DNA of 64,000 nucleotides from an uncultured Rhizobiaceae bacterium (GCA_964429775.1 CAYSDJ010000011.1:2692-66691), one strand, 5' to 3'. Positions 49,879 through 60,962 are shown, counted from the stretch's first letter. The notes: generated by a model not told the origin, from the sequence alone. Program-made: numbers and translations.

Positions 49879-52287
49879 TCAGCCGCGCAGTTCTCCGCCG
49901 GTGACCTTCTTCACATTGTCGATCACCTTTTTCGCCACCGCCTCGATCTCCGCATCGGTCAGCGTGCGGTCGCTGGGCTCGAGGCGGACGGCGATGGCGA
50001 GCGATTTCTTGCCCTCGCCCACCCCTTCGCCCTCATAAATATCAAACAGGGCAACATCGGCGATCAGTTTCTTATCGACGCCGCGCGCCGCGCGCAGGAC
50101 ATTTTCAGCCGGTACATCGGCATCGACAATAAAGGCGAAGTCGCGCTCGACGGCGGGAAAGTCCGATACGTTCAGCGCCGCCTTGGCGCGCCCGGCCTTG
50201 GCTTTGGGCGTCGGAATGGCGTCGATGAAAAGCTCGAAACCGACGAGCGGAAAATCGACATCGAGGGCGGCGAGGGTCGCCGGGTGCAGCTCGCCGAAAT
50301 GGCCGAGCACATTGGGACCGAGAGCGAGGCTGCCCGAGCGCCCCGGATGATACCAGTCGGGCGCTTCGTTCTTGACCTGCAGGCTCGCCACCGGCGCACC
50401 AGCCGCACCGAGCGCCGCCAGAGCATCGGCCTTGGCATCGAAACAATCGACGTCGCGCGCCGGCGTGTACGGGTTGCGGTTCACCGCCTGTCCGGCGCGT
50501 ACGCCGGTGATCATGCGGTGCTGCGCCTCGGCTTCCTCGCCGGCATATTGCGGACCGCCCTCGAACAGAGCCAAATCAGCAAAGCCGCGATCCGTGTTGC
50601 GCCGGCAGGCCATCACCAGATTGGGCAGGATCGAGGGCCGCATGACACCGAGGTCGCTGCTGATCGGGTTGGCGAGAGTAAGCTCCGGCAAGCCGCCGCC
50701 GAACAGTTTTGCCTGTGCCTCGGACATAAAGGACCAGGTGACCGCTTCGGACATGCCGCGCGCGGCCAGGGCGCGGCGCGCCCAGCCGAGTCGGCGCGGT
50801 GCCAAAGCGATGGCGTTGCCGGCGCGGCGCCGTAAGCGCGGCAGCGAGACAGCCGGAATATTGTCGAAACCGTGGATGCGCAGCACTTCCTCGACCAAAT
50901 CAGCTTCGCCGACGATATCGGCGCGCCATGCGGGCGGCCCGGCGGCGATGTGATCGGAGCCCAATTGCTCGGTCTCGAAGCCGAGATTTTGCAGGATCGT
51001 GTCGCAGGTAAGCGCGTCGAGCTCGACGCCGCCCAACGAATGCACGCGCGACGGGCGGAAGGCGACCTCGCGCCGCCACTCGGGCACGGCGCCAGTGACG
51101 ACCAGTTCGCTCGCCTCGCCGCCACACATGTCCTGTACCAGGCGGGTCGCCACTTCCATGCCGGGCACGGCGAATTCAGGATCGACCCCGCGTTCGAAAC
51201 GATAGCGCGCATCCGATTCGAGATTGAGCTTGCGTCCGGTGGCGGCTGTCCTGACCGGGTCGAACAATGCGATCTCGATGAAGACGTTGGTAGTTACTTC
51301 GGTGCAACCCGAGCTGTCGCCGCCCATCACGCCGGCCAGGCTGAGGACGCCCGTCTCGTCGCCGATCGCCGTCATCTCGCCGTCGAGGGTATATTCCTTG
51401 CCGTTCAGCGCATCGAATTTGGCACCGTCGCAGCCGGTGCGCAGCCACAGGTGATCGCCCGCGACCTTATCGGCATCGAACACGTGCACCGGGCGATTGA
51501 GGTCGATGGTGAGATAGTTGGTCATGTCGACCAGGGCCGAGATCGGCCTGAGGCCAACCGAGAGCAGCCGGTCCTGCATCCATTTCGGGCTGGCGCCATT
51601 GTTGACGCCCTTGATATAGCGTCCGACAAACATCGGGCAGGCGTCTTCATTACCGGCGGCAAAATCGAAACGCACATCGAGCGGGCTCTTGAATTTGCCC
51701 GGAATGGGCGTCACATCGGGCGCGATAAAGCGTCCCATGCCGGCGGCGGCGAGATCGCGCGCAATGCCGGAGACGCCGAGGCAATCGGCGCGATTCGGCG
51801 TTATAGCGATATCGAACAGCGGATCGTCGAGGCCCATATAGGCGGCGAAAGGCTGGCCGATCGGCGCGTCCTCGGGCAGGTCGATGATGCCCTCATGATC
51901 GTCGCTGAGACCCATCTCGCGTTCCGAACACAGCATGCCATTGCTCTCGACGCCGCGAATCTTCGATGGCTTGAGTTTCAGTCCGGTGCCGGGAATGGTG
52001 CTGCCTGACGGCGCGAACACGCCTTTCATGCCGGTCCGTGCATTGGGCGCGCCGCACACCACCTGGACATGCCCCTCGCCGGTATCGATGATGCAGAGGC
52101 GCAGCTTGTCGGCATTGGGGTGCTGCTTGGCTTCGATGACGTGCGCGATATGGAACGGCGCCAGTTTGACCGCCGGGTCCTCGATGCCCTCGACCTCAAG
52201 GCCGATGGCGGTCATGCTGGTGGCCAGCTCGTCGACCGATTTATCGGTCTCGAGATATTGGCGCAGCCAGGACAGGCTGAATTTCAT
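49879..52287 (-). CDS. pheT: phenylalanine--tRNA ligase beta subunit
   Basis: MKFSLSWL conserved start at ATG 52287 (ATGA overlap with the pheS stop); B3/4, B5 and FDX-ACB domains. Confidence 0.9.
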   Translation of the reverse strand: MKFSLSWLRQYLETDKSVDELATSMTAIGLEVEGIEDPAVKLAPFHIAHVIEAKQHPNADKLRLCIIDTGEGHVQVVCGAPNARTGMKGVFAPSGSTIPGTGLKLKPSKIRGVESNGMLCSEREMGLSDDHEGIIDLPEDAPIGQPFAAYMGLDDPLFDIAITPNRADCLGVSGIARDLAAAGMGRFIAPDVTPIPGKFKSPLDVRFDFAAGNEDACPMFVGRYIKGVNNGASPKWMQDRLLSVGLRPISALVDMTNYLTIDLNRPVHVFDADKVAGDHLWLRTGCDGAKFDALNGKEYTLDGEMTAIGDETGVLSLAGVMGGDSSGCTEVTTNVFIEIALFDPVRTAATGRKLNLESDARYRFERGVDPEFAVPGMEVATRLVQDMCGGEASELVVTGAVPEWRREVAFRPSRVHSLGGVELDALTCDTILQNLGFETEQLGSDHIAAGPPAWRADIVGEADLVEEVLRIHGFDNIPAVSLPRLRRRAGNAIALAPRRLGWARRALAARGMSEAVTWSFMSEAQAKLFGGGLPELTLANPISSDLGVMRPSILPNLVMACRRNTDRGFADLALFEGGPQYAGEEAEAQHRMITGVRAGQAVNRNPYTPARDVDCFDAKADALAALGAAGAPVASLQVKNEAPDWYHPGRSGSLALGPNVLGHFGELHPATLAALDVDFPLVGFELFIDAIPTPKAKAGRAKAALNVSDFPAVERDFAFIVDADVPAENVLRAARGVDKKLIADVALFDIYEGEGVGEGKKSLAIAVRLEPSDRTLTDAEIEAVAKKVIDNVKKVTGGELRG

Positions 52288-53360
52288 CGCGTCAACCCGC
52301 CGACCAGGCTCGGCACGTCTCCGGCGGCGAAACCGTAATGTTTCAGCCAACGTGCATCGGCGTCGTAAAAGGTTCTGAGATCCGGAATGCCGTATTTCAG
52401 CATCGCCGAACGCTCGACCCCAAGGCCGAAGGCGAATCCCTGATAGCGCTCCGGGTCGACGCCCGACATCTCGAGAACGCGCGGATTGACGATGCCGCAG
52501 CCGACAATCTCCATCCAGTCGGCGCCTTCGCCGATGCGCAATACGCCGCCCTCGCGCGAGCAGCCGATATCCATTTCCGCCGAGGGCTCGGTGAAGGGGA
52601 AGTAGCTCGGGCGGAAGCGCACCGGTAGATTGTCGACCTCGAAGAAGGTCTTGGCGAAATCGATCAGGCAGCCCTTGAGGTGCCCCATATGGGTTTTTTC
52701 GTCGACCACCAGGCCTTCGATCTGATGGAACATCGGCGTGTGGGTAATGTCATAGTCGCAGCGATAGGTGCGGCCCGGCGCGACAATGCGGTAGGGCGGC
52801 TTGCCCGCTTTCATGGTGCGGACCTGCACCGGCGAGGTGTGGGTGCGTAAGAGCAGGCGCGAACCATCGTCGCGCTCGGGAAAATAGAAGGTGTCGTGCA
52901 TCTGCCGCGCCGGGTGCTCGGGCGGGATGTTGAGGGCGGTGAAATTGTGGAAATCATCCTCGATATCCGGCCCTTCCACGATGGAAAAGCCCATATCGCC
53001 GAATATCGCCGCCATCTCATCGAGCACCTGGCTGATCGGATGAATGCGGCCTTCATCCTCGGGCCGTACGGGCAGGGTGATATCGACTTTCTCGCCGCCG
53101 AGGCGGGCATCGAGGGCGCCGCCTTCGAGCGCGGCACGGCGCGCATCGAGCGCTTCGGTGAGTTCGCCCTTGAGGCGGTTCAGTGCCTGGCCGGCTTCCT
53201 TACGCGCCTCCGGCTCGAGCCCGCCCAGACCCTTCATGCGTTCGGTCAAGCGGCCCTTCTTGCCGAGCGCGGCGACGCGCGCTTGATCGAGCGCCGCCAG
53301 ATCGGCCGCTTGTTCGAAGGATGCGAGCAATTCCGCTCGAAGCGCTTCTAATTCCTGCAA
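52284..53360 (-). CDS. pheS: phenylalanine--tRNA ligase alpha subunit
   Basis: Class II aaRS motifs ([21 protein letters not shown]); likely TTG start at 53360 behind SD GGGAGGAAAG. The 5' 120 nt of the ORF lack ATG and SD. Confidence 0.85.
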   Translation of the reverse strand: MQELEALRAELLASFEQAADLAALDQARVAALGKKGRLTERMKGLGGLEPEARKEAGQALNRLKGELTEALDARRAALEGGALDARLGGEKVDITLPVRPEDEGRIHPISQVLDEMAAIFGDMGFSIVEGPDIEDDFHNFTALNIPPEHPARQMHDTFYFPERDDGSRLLLRTHTSPVQVRTMKAGKPPYRIVAPGRTYRCDYDITHTPMFHQIEGLVVDEKTHMGHLKGCLIDFAKTFFEVDNLPVRFRPSYFPFTEPSAEMDIGCSREGGVLRIGEGADWMEIVGCGIVNPRVLEMSGVDPERYQGFAFGLGVERSAMLKYGIPDLRTFYDADARWLKHYGFAAGDVPSLVGGLTR

Positions 53361-53418
53361 GGCTCTCTTTCCTCCCGGCGCCCGCCGCGAGGTGGTCGAC
53401 CGTATTCTATTGCGGGCG

Positions 53419-53781
53419 TCAGTTCTTCGCGAGACTGCCGCGCGCCTGCTCGACCAGCGCTTCAAACGCCTCGGGCTCACGCACAGCGAGATCGGCCAGG
53501 ACCTTGCGGTCGATGGCGATGCCGGCCTCCGAGAGGCCGTGGACGAATTTGGAATAGGTCATATCATGGGCGCGCACGGCGGCATTGATACGCTGGATCC
53601 AAAGAGCGCGGAAATCGCGCTTGCGCGTACGGCGGTCGCGATAGGCATATTGCAGCCCTTTCTCGACCCGCTCGATGGCAACGCGGAAACTGGAATTGGA
53701 GCGCCCGCGATAGCCGCTGGCGCGGGCGAGCACTTTTTTATGGCGGGCGTGGGATGTGACGCCCCGTTTGACGCGAGACAT
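53419..53781 (-). CDS. rplT: 50S ribosomal protein L20
   Basis: [16 protein letters not shown] start. Confidence 0.95.
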   Translation of the reverse strand: MSRVKRGVTSHARHKKVLARASGYRGRSNSSFRVAIERVEKGLQYAYRDRRTRKRDFRALWIQRINAAVRAHDMTYSKFVHGLSEAGIAIDRKVLADLAVREPEAFEALVEQARGSLAKN

Positions 53782-53793
53782 AGCCGGACTTCC

Positions 53794-53991
53794 TTAAATG
53801 TAGGGCATCCAGCGTTTTACCGCCGGCGAATTGGTTTTATCCATGACGCTCAGCCCACGATGGCTGCGGCGTACTTTCTTTGCCTGTTTGGACAAATTGT
53901 GGCGATGCTTTGCATGGCCGCGGCGCAATTTGCCGCTGCCGGTAATCGTAAAGCGCCCTTTGGTGCTGCTCTTGGTTTTGAGCTTAGGCAT
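53794..53991 (-). CDS. rpmI: 50S ribosomal protein L35
   Basis: MPKLKTKSSTKGRF start. Confidence 0.95.
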   Translation of the reverse strand: MPKLKTKSSTKGRFTITGSGKLRRGHAKHRHNLSKQAKKVRRSHRGLSVMDKTNSPAVKRWMPYI

Positions 53992-54169
53992 TTCTATTTC
54001 TTTCTCTCTATTTTATCGCCCAGCCAGCCTGATAAAATGGCGGGGATGGGCGAATGTCGTTTCAAACCGGGTGGTTGGGCATGCCTTAAGCCGCGCCACC
54101 TCTACGAGGAGGCAGTTTGTAGCCACAGTGGCGCCAAATTGCAAGCGATAGGATGGGCTAATTACGTGA

Positions 54170-54562
54170 CTATTTGGCCATCCAGTGGAGCAGGCGCTTT
54201 TTCAGCATTTTAGGCTGGATCGGCTTGACGATGTAATCGTCCCCGGCCACCTTCATGGCCTTGAGAATGTCGTCTTTTGAATTCAAGGCGGTCTGAAAGA
54301 TGATGCGGCATTTGAGCAGGGGATAATCCTTGCGAATGCGGCTACAGACCTCGAATCCGTCCATATCCGGCATCATGATGTCCAACAGGATGATGCGCGG
54401 CGCGGTTTTCTTGAGAATATTCAGGCATTCAATACCATTCCGCGCGCCGACGAAGCGGTAGCCCATGCTGGCGACCGTCGCCGACAGCAATTTCAGGTTC
54501 AGCATCTCGTCATCGACGCCGAGCACCATGCTGCCGGGCCTGGGAAAACTCTCTTGGGACAT
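54170..54562 (-). CDS. single-domain response regulator (CheY-like) inserted between infC and rpmI
   Basis: VDDE acidic pair, LLDIMMPDMDG phospho-Asp, FQTA, VKP; start ATG 54562 (the ORF's first codon at 54607 is GTG); GC is visibly lower than flanks. Confidence 0.75.
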   Translation of the reverse strand: MSQESFPRPGSMVLGVDDEMLNLKLLSATVASMGYRFVGARNGIECLNILKKTAPRIILLDIMMPDMDGFEVCSRIRKDYPLLKCRIIFQTALNSKDDILKAMKVAGDDYIVKPIQPKMLKKRLLHWMAK

Positions 54563-54648
54563 TTTTATCTCGCCGTGGGATGAACATGGCATGGCCGGTA
54601 AATTCACATTGCCGCGCCACGCGTTGGCACGAGACTAACCGGCAATGG

Positions 54649-55185
54649 TTACTTTTGCGTCACCACCATGGTCATTTGCCGCCCTTCCATTTTGGGCAGC
54701 TGTTCCACTTTGCTGATTTCCTCAAGATCGTCGCGCACCCGCATCAAAACTTTCATGCCGAGATCCTGATGCACCATTTCACGGCCACGGAAGCGCAAAG
54801 TGATTTTCACCTTGTCGCCCTCGCCGAGAAAGCGCCGGATATTGCGCAGTTTGACCTCATAATCGGCGGAACTGATGCCCGGGCGGAACTTCACCTCTTT
54901 AACGTCGATGGTCTTTTGCTTCTTGCGCGCCATCGCCGCTTTTTTCTGGGCTTCGTATTTGTACTTGCCATAGTCCATCAATTTACAGACGGGCGGTTCC
55001 GCGCCGGGTGAAATTTCGACCAGGTCGAAGCCACTCTCGGCGGCAAGTTCTAGTGCTCTATCTATATCGACGACGCCAACCTGTTCACCGGCACCGTTAA
55101 TGAGCCGAACACTGGCGACAGCGATGTCGCTATTTACGCGCGGACCTTCGCGCTTGGGCGGAACTAAACTGGTATGCCTAACGAT
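54649..55185 (-). CDS. infC: translation initiation factor IF-3 (non-AUG start)
   Basis: Hand-translated N-terminus ...[70 protein letters not shown] has no in-frame ATG. Candidate start is ATC 55185 or ATA 55191 behind GAGAGGGGA; there is an in-frame stop at 55207. Confidence 0.8.
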   Translation of the reverse strand: MVRHTSLVPPKREGPRVNSDIAVASVRLINGAGEQVGVVDIDRALELAAESGFDLVEISPGAEPPVCKLMDYGKYKYEAQKKAAMARKKQKTIDVKEVKFRPGISSADYEVKLRNIRRFLGEGDKVKITLRFRGREMVHQDLGMKVLMRVRDDLEEISKVEQLPKMEGRQMTMVVTQK

Positions 55186-55261
55186 GCTTATTCCCCTCTC
55201 TTTTCCTCAACAAATAAAGGCCGCAGAACGGTATTTCCGGCCCGGATACATTAAAAACCAT

Positions 55262-57181
55262 TTAATTTGCCCGCGCCAGAGGCCCTGCCGCCTCTATTTG
55301 AAGTCTATCCACGGCCTCGTCGAGCGCAAGCACTTCTTGCTGTTTGTTGCCGAGGCGGCGCATGGCGACGGTCCGGCCCTCCGCTTCGCGCCCGCCGACG
55401 GCGAGAATGACGGGCAGTTTGGCGACGCTGTGTTCGCGCACCTTAAAACCGATCTTCTCGTTGCGGAGATCCGTCTCGGCACGGAGGCCCGCGGCGCGCA
55501 GACACGCGGCGACTTCCCCGGCATAGGCATTGCTATCATCGGTGATGGTCGCCACAACCACTTGGCGCGGCGCTAGCCAGAGCGGAAAACGCCCGGCATG
55601 ATGCTCAATCAGAATGCCGAGAAAACGCTCGATCGAACCGAGAATAGCGCGGTGCAGCATGACCGGGCGATGGCGCTCGCCATCCTCGCCGACATAGGAC
55701 GCATCAAGCCGCTCGGGCAGAACGAAATCGACCTGCAGGGTACCGCATTGCCAATCGCGACCGATCGCGTCGCGCAGCACGAATTCGAGCTTGGGGCCGT
55801 AAAAGGCGCCTTCTCCGGGATTGAGATGAACCTCAAGGCCGGCGCTCTTGACCGCTTCCATCAAGGCCCCTTCGGCGCGGTCCCAAACTTCATCGGCGCC
55901 GGCGCGCACCGGCGGTCGATCGGCGAAATTGACCAGCACTTTCTCGAAGCCGAAATCTTTGTATATCGACATCAGGAGATCGCAGAAATCCTTGGTCTCG
56001 GGCGTGATCTGATCCTCGGCGCAGAAAATATGCGCATCATCCTGAACGAACCCGCGCACCCGCATCAGCCCGTGCAGCGCGCCGGACGGCTCATTGCGGT
56101 GGCAGGCGCCGAACTCGGCCATGCGCAACGGCAGGTCGCGGTAGCTTTTGATGCCCTGGCGGAAAATTTGCACATGGCCGGGGCAATTCATCGGCTTTAG
56201 CGCCAGAACGCGTTCTTCCGCCTCGGTGGTGAACATATGCTCGCGGAATTTTTCCCAATGGCCGGAGGCTTCCCACAGGGTGCGGTCGACCAGTTCGGGC
56301 GTTTTGACCTCGATATATCCGGCATCGTCGAGACGCGTGCGCATATAGTTTTGCAAGATGCGGTAGAGCTGCCAGCCATCGGCGTGCCAAAACACCATGC
56401 CCATGGCTTCCTGCTGGAGATGAAACAGATTCATCTCGCGCCCGAGGCGGCGGTGATCGCGCTTTTCCGCTTCTTCGAGGCGGAACAGATAGGCCTTGAG
56501 ATCTTTTTCGGTTGCCCAGGCGGTGCCGTAAATGCGTTGCAGCATTTCGTTGTTGGAATCGCCGCGCCAGTAAGCGCCGGCAATCTTGGTCAGCTTGAAG
56601 GCGCCGATGCGCCCGGTCGAGGGCAAATGCGGCCCGCGGCAGAGGTCGATAAAATCGCCCTGGCGGTAGAGCGTGACGTCCTCACCTTCGGGAATAGCGG
56701 CGATCAGTTCCGCCTTGTAGCTCTCGCCGGCCTGCTCAAACAATTCGATCGCCTTGTCGCGCGGCCACACTTCACGGGTGATCTCCTCGTCGCGCTTGAC
56801 GATCTCGGTCATGCGCGCTTCGATAGTCACGAGATCATCCGGCGTGAACGGTTCGGGCCGGGCGAAATCGTAGTAGAAGCCGTCTTCAATGGCCGGGCCG
56901 ATGGTAACCTGGGTGTCGGGGTAGAGTTCCTTGACCGCCTCGGCCATCACATGAGCGGTATCGTGGCGCAACACCTCAAGCCCGGCATCGTCTTTGGCGG
57001 TGACGATACTGACCGCCGCGTCGGCCTCTATCAGGCGCGATAAATCCCACAATTCGCCATCGACCGAGACCACCAGCGCCGCCTTGGCGAGGCCGGGGCC
57101 GATACTGGCGGCAATCTCCAACCCGCTTACGGGCGCATCGAATGAACGTTTCGAGCCGTCTGGCAATGTGATGTCGGGCAT
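55262..57181 (-). CDS. thrS: threonine--tRNA ligase
   Basis: TGS and editing domains; class II motifs; HRA...GSIERF. Confidence 0.92.
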   Translation of the reverse strand: MPDITLPDGSKRSFDAPVSGLEIAASIGPGLAKAALVVSVDGELWDLSRLIEADAAVSIVTAKDDAGLEVLRHDTAHVMAEAVKELYPDTQVTIGPAIEDGFYYDFARPEPFTPDDLVTIEARMTEIVKRDEEITREVWPRDKAIELFEQAGESYKAELIAAIPEGEDVTLYRQGDFIDLCRGPHLPSTGRIGAFKLTKIAGAYWRGDSNNEMLQRIYGTAWATEKDLKAYLFRLEEAEKRDHRRLGREMNLFHLQQEAMGMVFWHADGWQLYRILQNYMRTRLDDAGYIEVKTPELVDRTLWEASGHWEKFREHMFTTEAEERVLALKPMNCPGHVQIFRQGIKSYRDLPLRMAEFGACHRNEPSGALHGLMRVRGFVQDDAHIFCAEDQITPETKDFCDLLMSIYKDFGFEKVLVNFADRPPVRAGADEVWDRAEGALMEAVKSAGLEVHLNPGEGAFYGPKLEFVLRDAIGRDWQCGTLQVDFVLPERLDASYVGEDGERHRPVMLHRAILGSIERFLGILIEHHAGRFPLWLAPRQVVVATITDDSNAYAGEVAACLRAAGLRAETDLRNEKIGFKVREHSVAKLPVILAVGGREAEGRTVAMRRLGNKQQEVLALDEAVDRLQIEAAGPLARAN

Positions 57182-57276
57182 GGACCTCTTAATTCTATCT
57201 CTGAATGGCTAAAAGTGGCGGCACTCTAACGGGCGCGTGGCACCTGTCAAGCCGGGCCAGGGTTGCATATTTATGG

Positions 57277-58218
57277 TTAAGGCAACGTCAACGTGGCGCG
57301 CACTTCGTCGACCGGCAAATCCGCCATCCGCGTGCATTGTATCAACCGTACCCGGGCTCCGCGCGGCGCCGTGAGGTCAGGGTCGGAGGCGGCGGAAAAG
57401 ATCACCGTGGCGGCACAGCCGACTGAAGCGACGATATGCATGGGCCCGGTGTCATTGCCGACGGCACCCGCGGCGCGTCGCGCCAGGGCGGCGATCTGGC
57501 CGAAATCGGTGCGGCCGCACAGATTGAGCGCGTCCGGGCAATGGCTGCTGATCTCGGCCAGCACGTCACGCTCCGCCGCCGCGCCGATTAGGACGGGGCG
57601 ATAGCCGGCAGCAAAAATCTCTCTCGCAAGTTCGCCGTAGGCCCGTGCCGGCCAGCGCTTTTCCGGGCGATGTGCCGATCCGCCGGCAACCAGCAACACG
57701 CAAGGTTTCTCATTCCGGCCACCGGGCAGGAGGGCGGAGATATCGCCATCGAGCCAGGCTAGATCCGCATCCGGCACTTCATCGATGCCGGCCATGGCGA
57801 GCTGTTCGCGCTGGCGCTCGACGGTATGCATGCCGTCGCGCCGGGGATTGGCGTGCGGATGCGAGCAGCCCGGCGCAATGCCCGACCATTCCGGCCGGGG
57901 AGTAGTGAAATAGCGGTAATATGCGCTTGAGCGGCTCGAGGTCTGCAAATCATAGACACGGCCGAAGCCGCCCGAGCGCAGGCGCCGGCGCAGGGCGAGC
58001 CAGGCCGGAATATTCCACGCCTTGGCTCTCGGATCCAACCAGATACGGTCGAAATGGTCCGAGCGCTCGGCCATCGCGGCATAAGGGGCGGTGGTGAGAA
58101 GGGTGATGCGCGCCTCTTTATGATGCGCGCGGATGGCGGCGAACGGCCCCATCGAAAGCAGGAAATCGCCGAGGGCGCCATGCTTGATGACGAGAATTTC
58201 GGCCCGGCTCGCGCTCAC
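57277..58218 (-). CDS. glycosyltransferase family 9 (ADP-heptose:LPS heptosyltransferase-like)
   Basis: ILVIKHGALGDF start; GT9 fold. Confidence 0.8.
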   Translation of the reverse strand: MSASRAEILVIKHGALGDFLLSMGPFAAIRAHHKEARITLLTTAPYAAMAERSDHFDRIWLDPRAKAWNIPAWLALRRRLRSGGFGRVYDLQTSSRSSAYYRYFTTPRPEWSGIAPGCSHPHANPRRDGMHTVERQREQLAMAGIDEVPDADLAWLDGDISALLPGGRNEKPCVLLVAGGSAHRPEKRWPARAYGELAREIFAAGYRPVLIGAAAERDVLAEISSHCPDALNLCGRTDFGQIAALARRAAGAVGNDTGPMHIVASVGCAATVIFSAASDPDLTAPRGARVRLIQCTRMADLPVDEVRATLTLP

Positions 58219-59459
58219 CGCTCGCCCGGCGCACCTGCGGCGAGCACCTCTTCATATATGGCGAGCGTGCTGGCGCACATTTTTTCGAGAGTGAAATTCT
58301 CTGCGACGTGGCGGATCGCCACCTCGGCCATGCTCTTGCGCCGCTCGGCAGTGAGATCAAGCGCGGCACCGAGCGCCTGGGCGAGCTCGACGGCATTTTC
58401 CGGCTCGACCAACAGGCCGGTCTCGCCGCTGAGAATGGTTTCCTTGGCACCGCCATGGTCGAAGGCGACAACCGGGCGGCCCATCGCCTGGCCCTCGACA
58501 ATCACCCTGCCGAAGGCTTCCGGCTTGGTCGAGGCGTTGACCACCACATCGGCCGACATATAGGCCGCCGGCATGTCGCGGCACGGCCCGGCAAAGCGCA
58601 CGATATGGCCGAGATCGTTCTGCTCGACCTGGCGCTCAAGCTGATGGCGGTATTCGGCCCGGCCCTGTTCGTCGCCGACAAAGACGACGACATAATCATC
58701 GCGCCTGAGATGGGTCAGCGCGTCGAGCAATACCCGGTGGCCCTTCCAGGCGGTCAGGCGGCCGGGCAACATGATGACGGATTTCCCGTCCGGCAGGCGC
58801 CATTGCCCGGCGAGCTGGATCACCCGCGCCTGGGTTACGGCGCCGGGGTTATAGATCGAGATATCGACGCCGCGGCGGATCACGCGCAGATTTTTCTGCT
58901 CCATCGGGTAGGTGTGCATGATGTGATTGGCGGTGAACTCGGAATTGGCGATGACCAGTTCGCCCTTGGTCATGACGGCGTTGTAGCGCCGCTTGAGCGC
59001 GCCCGAGGTACCGTAAGCACCGTGAAACGTGGTGATGAAATGGCAGCCGGTTTTTTGCGCCGCGTGGAGCGCGCTCCAGGCCGGCGCGCGCGAGCGGGCA
59101 TGGATAATATCGATGCCTTCGGCCGCGATCAGCTCGGCCAGGCGGCCGGCATTCTTGCGGATTAGAATCGGGTTCTTGCCCTTGAGCGGCATTTCTATAT
59201 GGCGCGCCCCGGCAGACTCTATTTGATGCTGCATGGAACCGCCGGCTGAGGCGACCAGTGCAGTCCAGCCCGCCGCCACCAAGGCTTGCGCGATTTCCAC
59301 CGTCGAACGCTCGGTTCCGCCCGGCACGTCGAGCTCGGGCACGACCTGAAGGACAACCGGTTTGCGCTCTTCCCGCGTTTGCGGGGCGGTGCTAGGTTGG
59401 GGCTTGTTTGTCACTCTAATTCCGCGTTCTTTCCAGGACCGGTCCGGAGATAGTCTCAT
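58215..59459 (-). CDS. glycosyltransferase family 4 (GT-B, LPS core/EPS type)
   Basis: VVPELDVPGGTERS N-terminal motif and EAFGRVIVEGQAMGRPVV (E-X7-E); start ATG 59459 or GTG 59414. Confidence 0.75.
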   Translation of the reverse strand: MRLSPDRSWKERGIRVTNKPQPSTAPQTREERKPVVLQVVPELDVPGGTERSTVEIAQALVAAGWTALVASAGGSMQHQIESAGARHIEMPLKGKNPILIRKNAGRLAELIAAEGIDIIHARSRAPAWSALHAAQKTGCHFITTFHGAYGTSGALKRRYNAVMTKGELVIANSEFTANHIMHTYPMEQKNLRVIRRGVDISIYNPGAVTQARVIQLAGQWRLPDGKSVIMLPGRLTAWKGHRVLLDALTHLRRDDYVVVFVGDEQGRAEYRHQLERQVEQNDLGHIVRFAGPCRDMPAAYMSADVVVNASTKPEAFGRVIVEGQAMGRPVVAFDHGGAKETILSGETGLLVEPENAVELAQALGAALDLTAERRKSMAEVAIRHVAENFTLEKMCASTLAIYEEVLAAGAPGER

Positions 59460-60234
59460 AACTGATCAACAGGCGGCAAATTCGCCGGACGCGCGAATCT
59501 TAACCACGACAGACGGGCAGACAATCGCCTACCATGTGCTTGAGGGCAAGGCTCCCGGTGTCATATTCATGGGCGGCCTGATGTCCGATATGAGCGGAAG
59601 CAAGGCGCTGGCGCTCGAAGCCCATTGCCGCGCGGTGGGGCGCGCTTTTGTGCGCTTCGATTATACCGGGCACGGCGAATCGTCGGGCCAATTCACCGAT
59701 GGCACCATTGGCCAATGGCACACGGATTCTCTCACTGTTCTTGATGGCATCGCCAAGGGGCAGCAGATCCTGGTCGGCTCCAGCATGGGCGGCTGGCAGA
59801 TGCTGCTCGCCGCGCGCGCCCGGCCCGAACGTGTCTGCGGCCTGATCGGCATCGCGGCGGCGCCGGATTTCACCGAAGACCTGATATGGCAGCAGTTCGA
59901 CGATGCGGCGAAAGCGAAAATAAGCGCCGAGGGCATCCTTCATCTGCCGTCCGATTATGAGGATACGCCCTACCCCGTAACTCTCGGCCTGATCGAGGAT
60001 GGCCGCAATCATCTGCTGTTGCGCAGCCCGCTTGAGATTACCTGCCCCATCCATTTGATCCACGGCATGGAAGACAAAGACGTGCCGTGGCAAACGGCGC
60101 TCAACATCGCTGAAGCGGTGACAAGCGAAGAGGTAAGCGTGACCTTGGTCAAGGGCGGCGGCCACCGCTTGAGCGAGGAAGTCGATTTGGCGCGCCTTGC
60201 GGCGGCGGTCGAAAGCATGGCGGCGCGTGCATAG
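59362..60234 (+). CDS. alpha/beta hydrolase, possibly secreted
   Basis: GSSMGG nucleophile elbow; the N-terminus resembles a signal peptide; the 5' end overlaps the divergent GT4 gene. Confidence 0.7.
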   Translation: MRSSRVCGAVLGWGLFVTLIPRSFQDRSGDSLITDQQAANSPDARILTTTDGQTIAYHVLEGKAPGVIFMGGLMSDMSGSKALALEAHCRAVGRAFVRFDYTGHGESSGQFTDGTIGQWHTDSLTVLDGIAKGQQILVGSSMGGWQMLLAARARPERVCGLIGIAAAPDFTEDLIWQQFDDAAKAKISAEGILHLPSDYEDTPYPVTLGLIEDGRNHLLLRSPLEITCPIHLIHGMEDKDVPWQTALNIAEAVTSEEVSVTLVKGGGHRLSEEVDLARLAAAVESMAARA

Positions 60235-60318
60235 GGCGGATAAAGCGCCTTCAATTCCTGGTGAGGGGCACTGTTGCGACCTAGGCAGGCGGCAGCCGAT
60301 GCACTATGTAACCTGCCT

Positions 60319-60903
60319 ATGCAAACGATGAAATTACACCGCCTTCCGTTGCTTGGCTGGCCTGCTCTGGCGCTGGCCATTGCTTTGTTGTTCGCGCCGC
60401 CGCTCAGCGCGGAGAGTCTGAGACAGCTCGATACCCGCGCCGATGGCTCGCGCATATTGAACATGGTTGCGCATAGCGCGCCGCGCCCTGTGCCGGCGTT
60501 CAAATTCCTCGACGAGGACGGCAATTATCTCACCCTCGAAAATTTTCGCGGCAAGGTCGTGGCGCTGCAATTTTGGGCGACCTGGTGTTTCCCGTGCCGC
60601 GAGGAACTGCCGACGGTCGACGCCCTGCAAGGCGAGCTTGGCGGGGCGGATTTCACCTTCATTCCGCTTTCGGTGGACCGTGACGGCGCCGAATTGGTAC
60701 GACAATATTATACCGACAACGGCATCAAGAATCTGGCCATCTATATCGATGTCGGCATGGATGCGGCGCGGGCGATGCTGGTCAACGGCATTCCCTACAC
60801 AATATTGCTCAACCGCGAGGGCATGGAAATCGCGCGTGTACTCGGCGACCGCAACTGGTTCACGCCCGACGCCATCGACCTCATGCGGAAACTGATTGAA
60901 TAG
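60319..60903 (+). CDS. TlpA/ResA-like periplasmic thiol:disulfide oxidoreductase (thioredoxin fold)
   Basis: WATWCFPCREE (CXXC) motif and signal peptide; start ATG 60319 (the ORF begins at TTG 60274). Confidence 0.8.
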   Translation: MQTMKLHRLPLLGWPALALAIALLFAPPLSAESLRQLDTRADGSRILNMVAHSAPRPVPAFKFLDEDGNYLTLENFRGKVVALQFWATWCFPCREELPTVDALQGELGGADFTFIPLSVDRDGAELVRQYYTDNGIKNLAIYIDVGMDAARAMLVNGIPYTILLNREGMEIARVLGDRNWFTPDAIDLMRKLIE

Positions 60904-60962
60904 CATGGCGTGCCCTCACCGAAATAGCGGGACAGCCGTTTCAGGCATATAGTCCGGTAATC

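Noticed and set aside
53992-54169. Possible tRNA or small RNA gene in the 178-nt spacer
   Set aside because: There is no cloverleaf or T-arm (GTTCGANTC) signature by eye. A ribosomal-protein leader is the better explanation.
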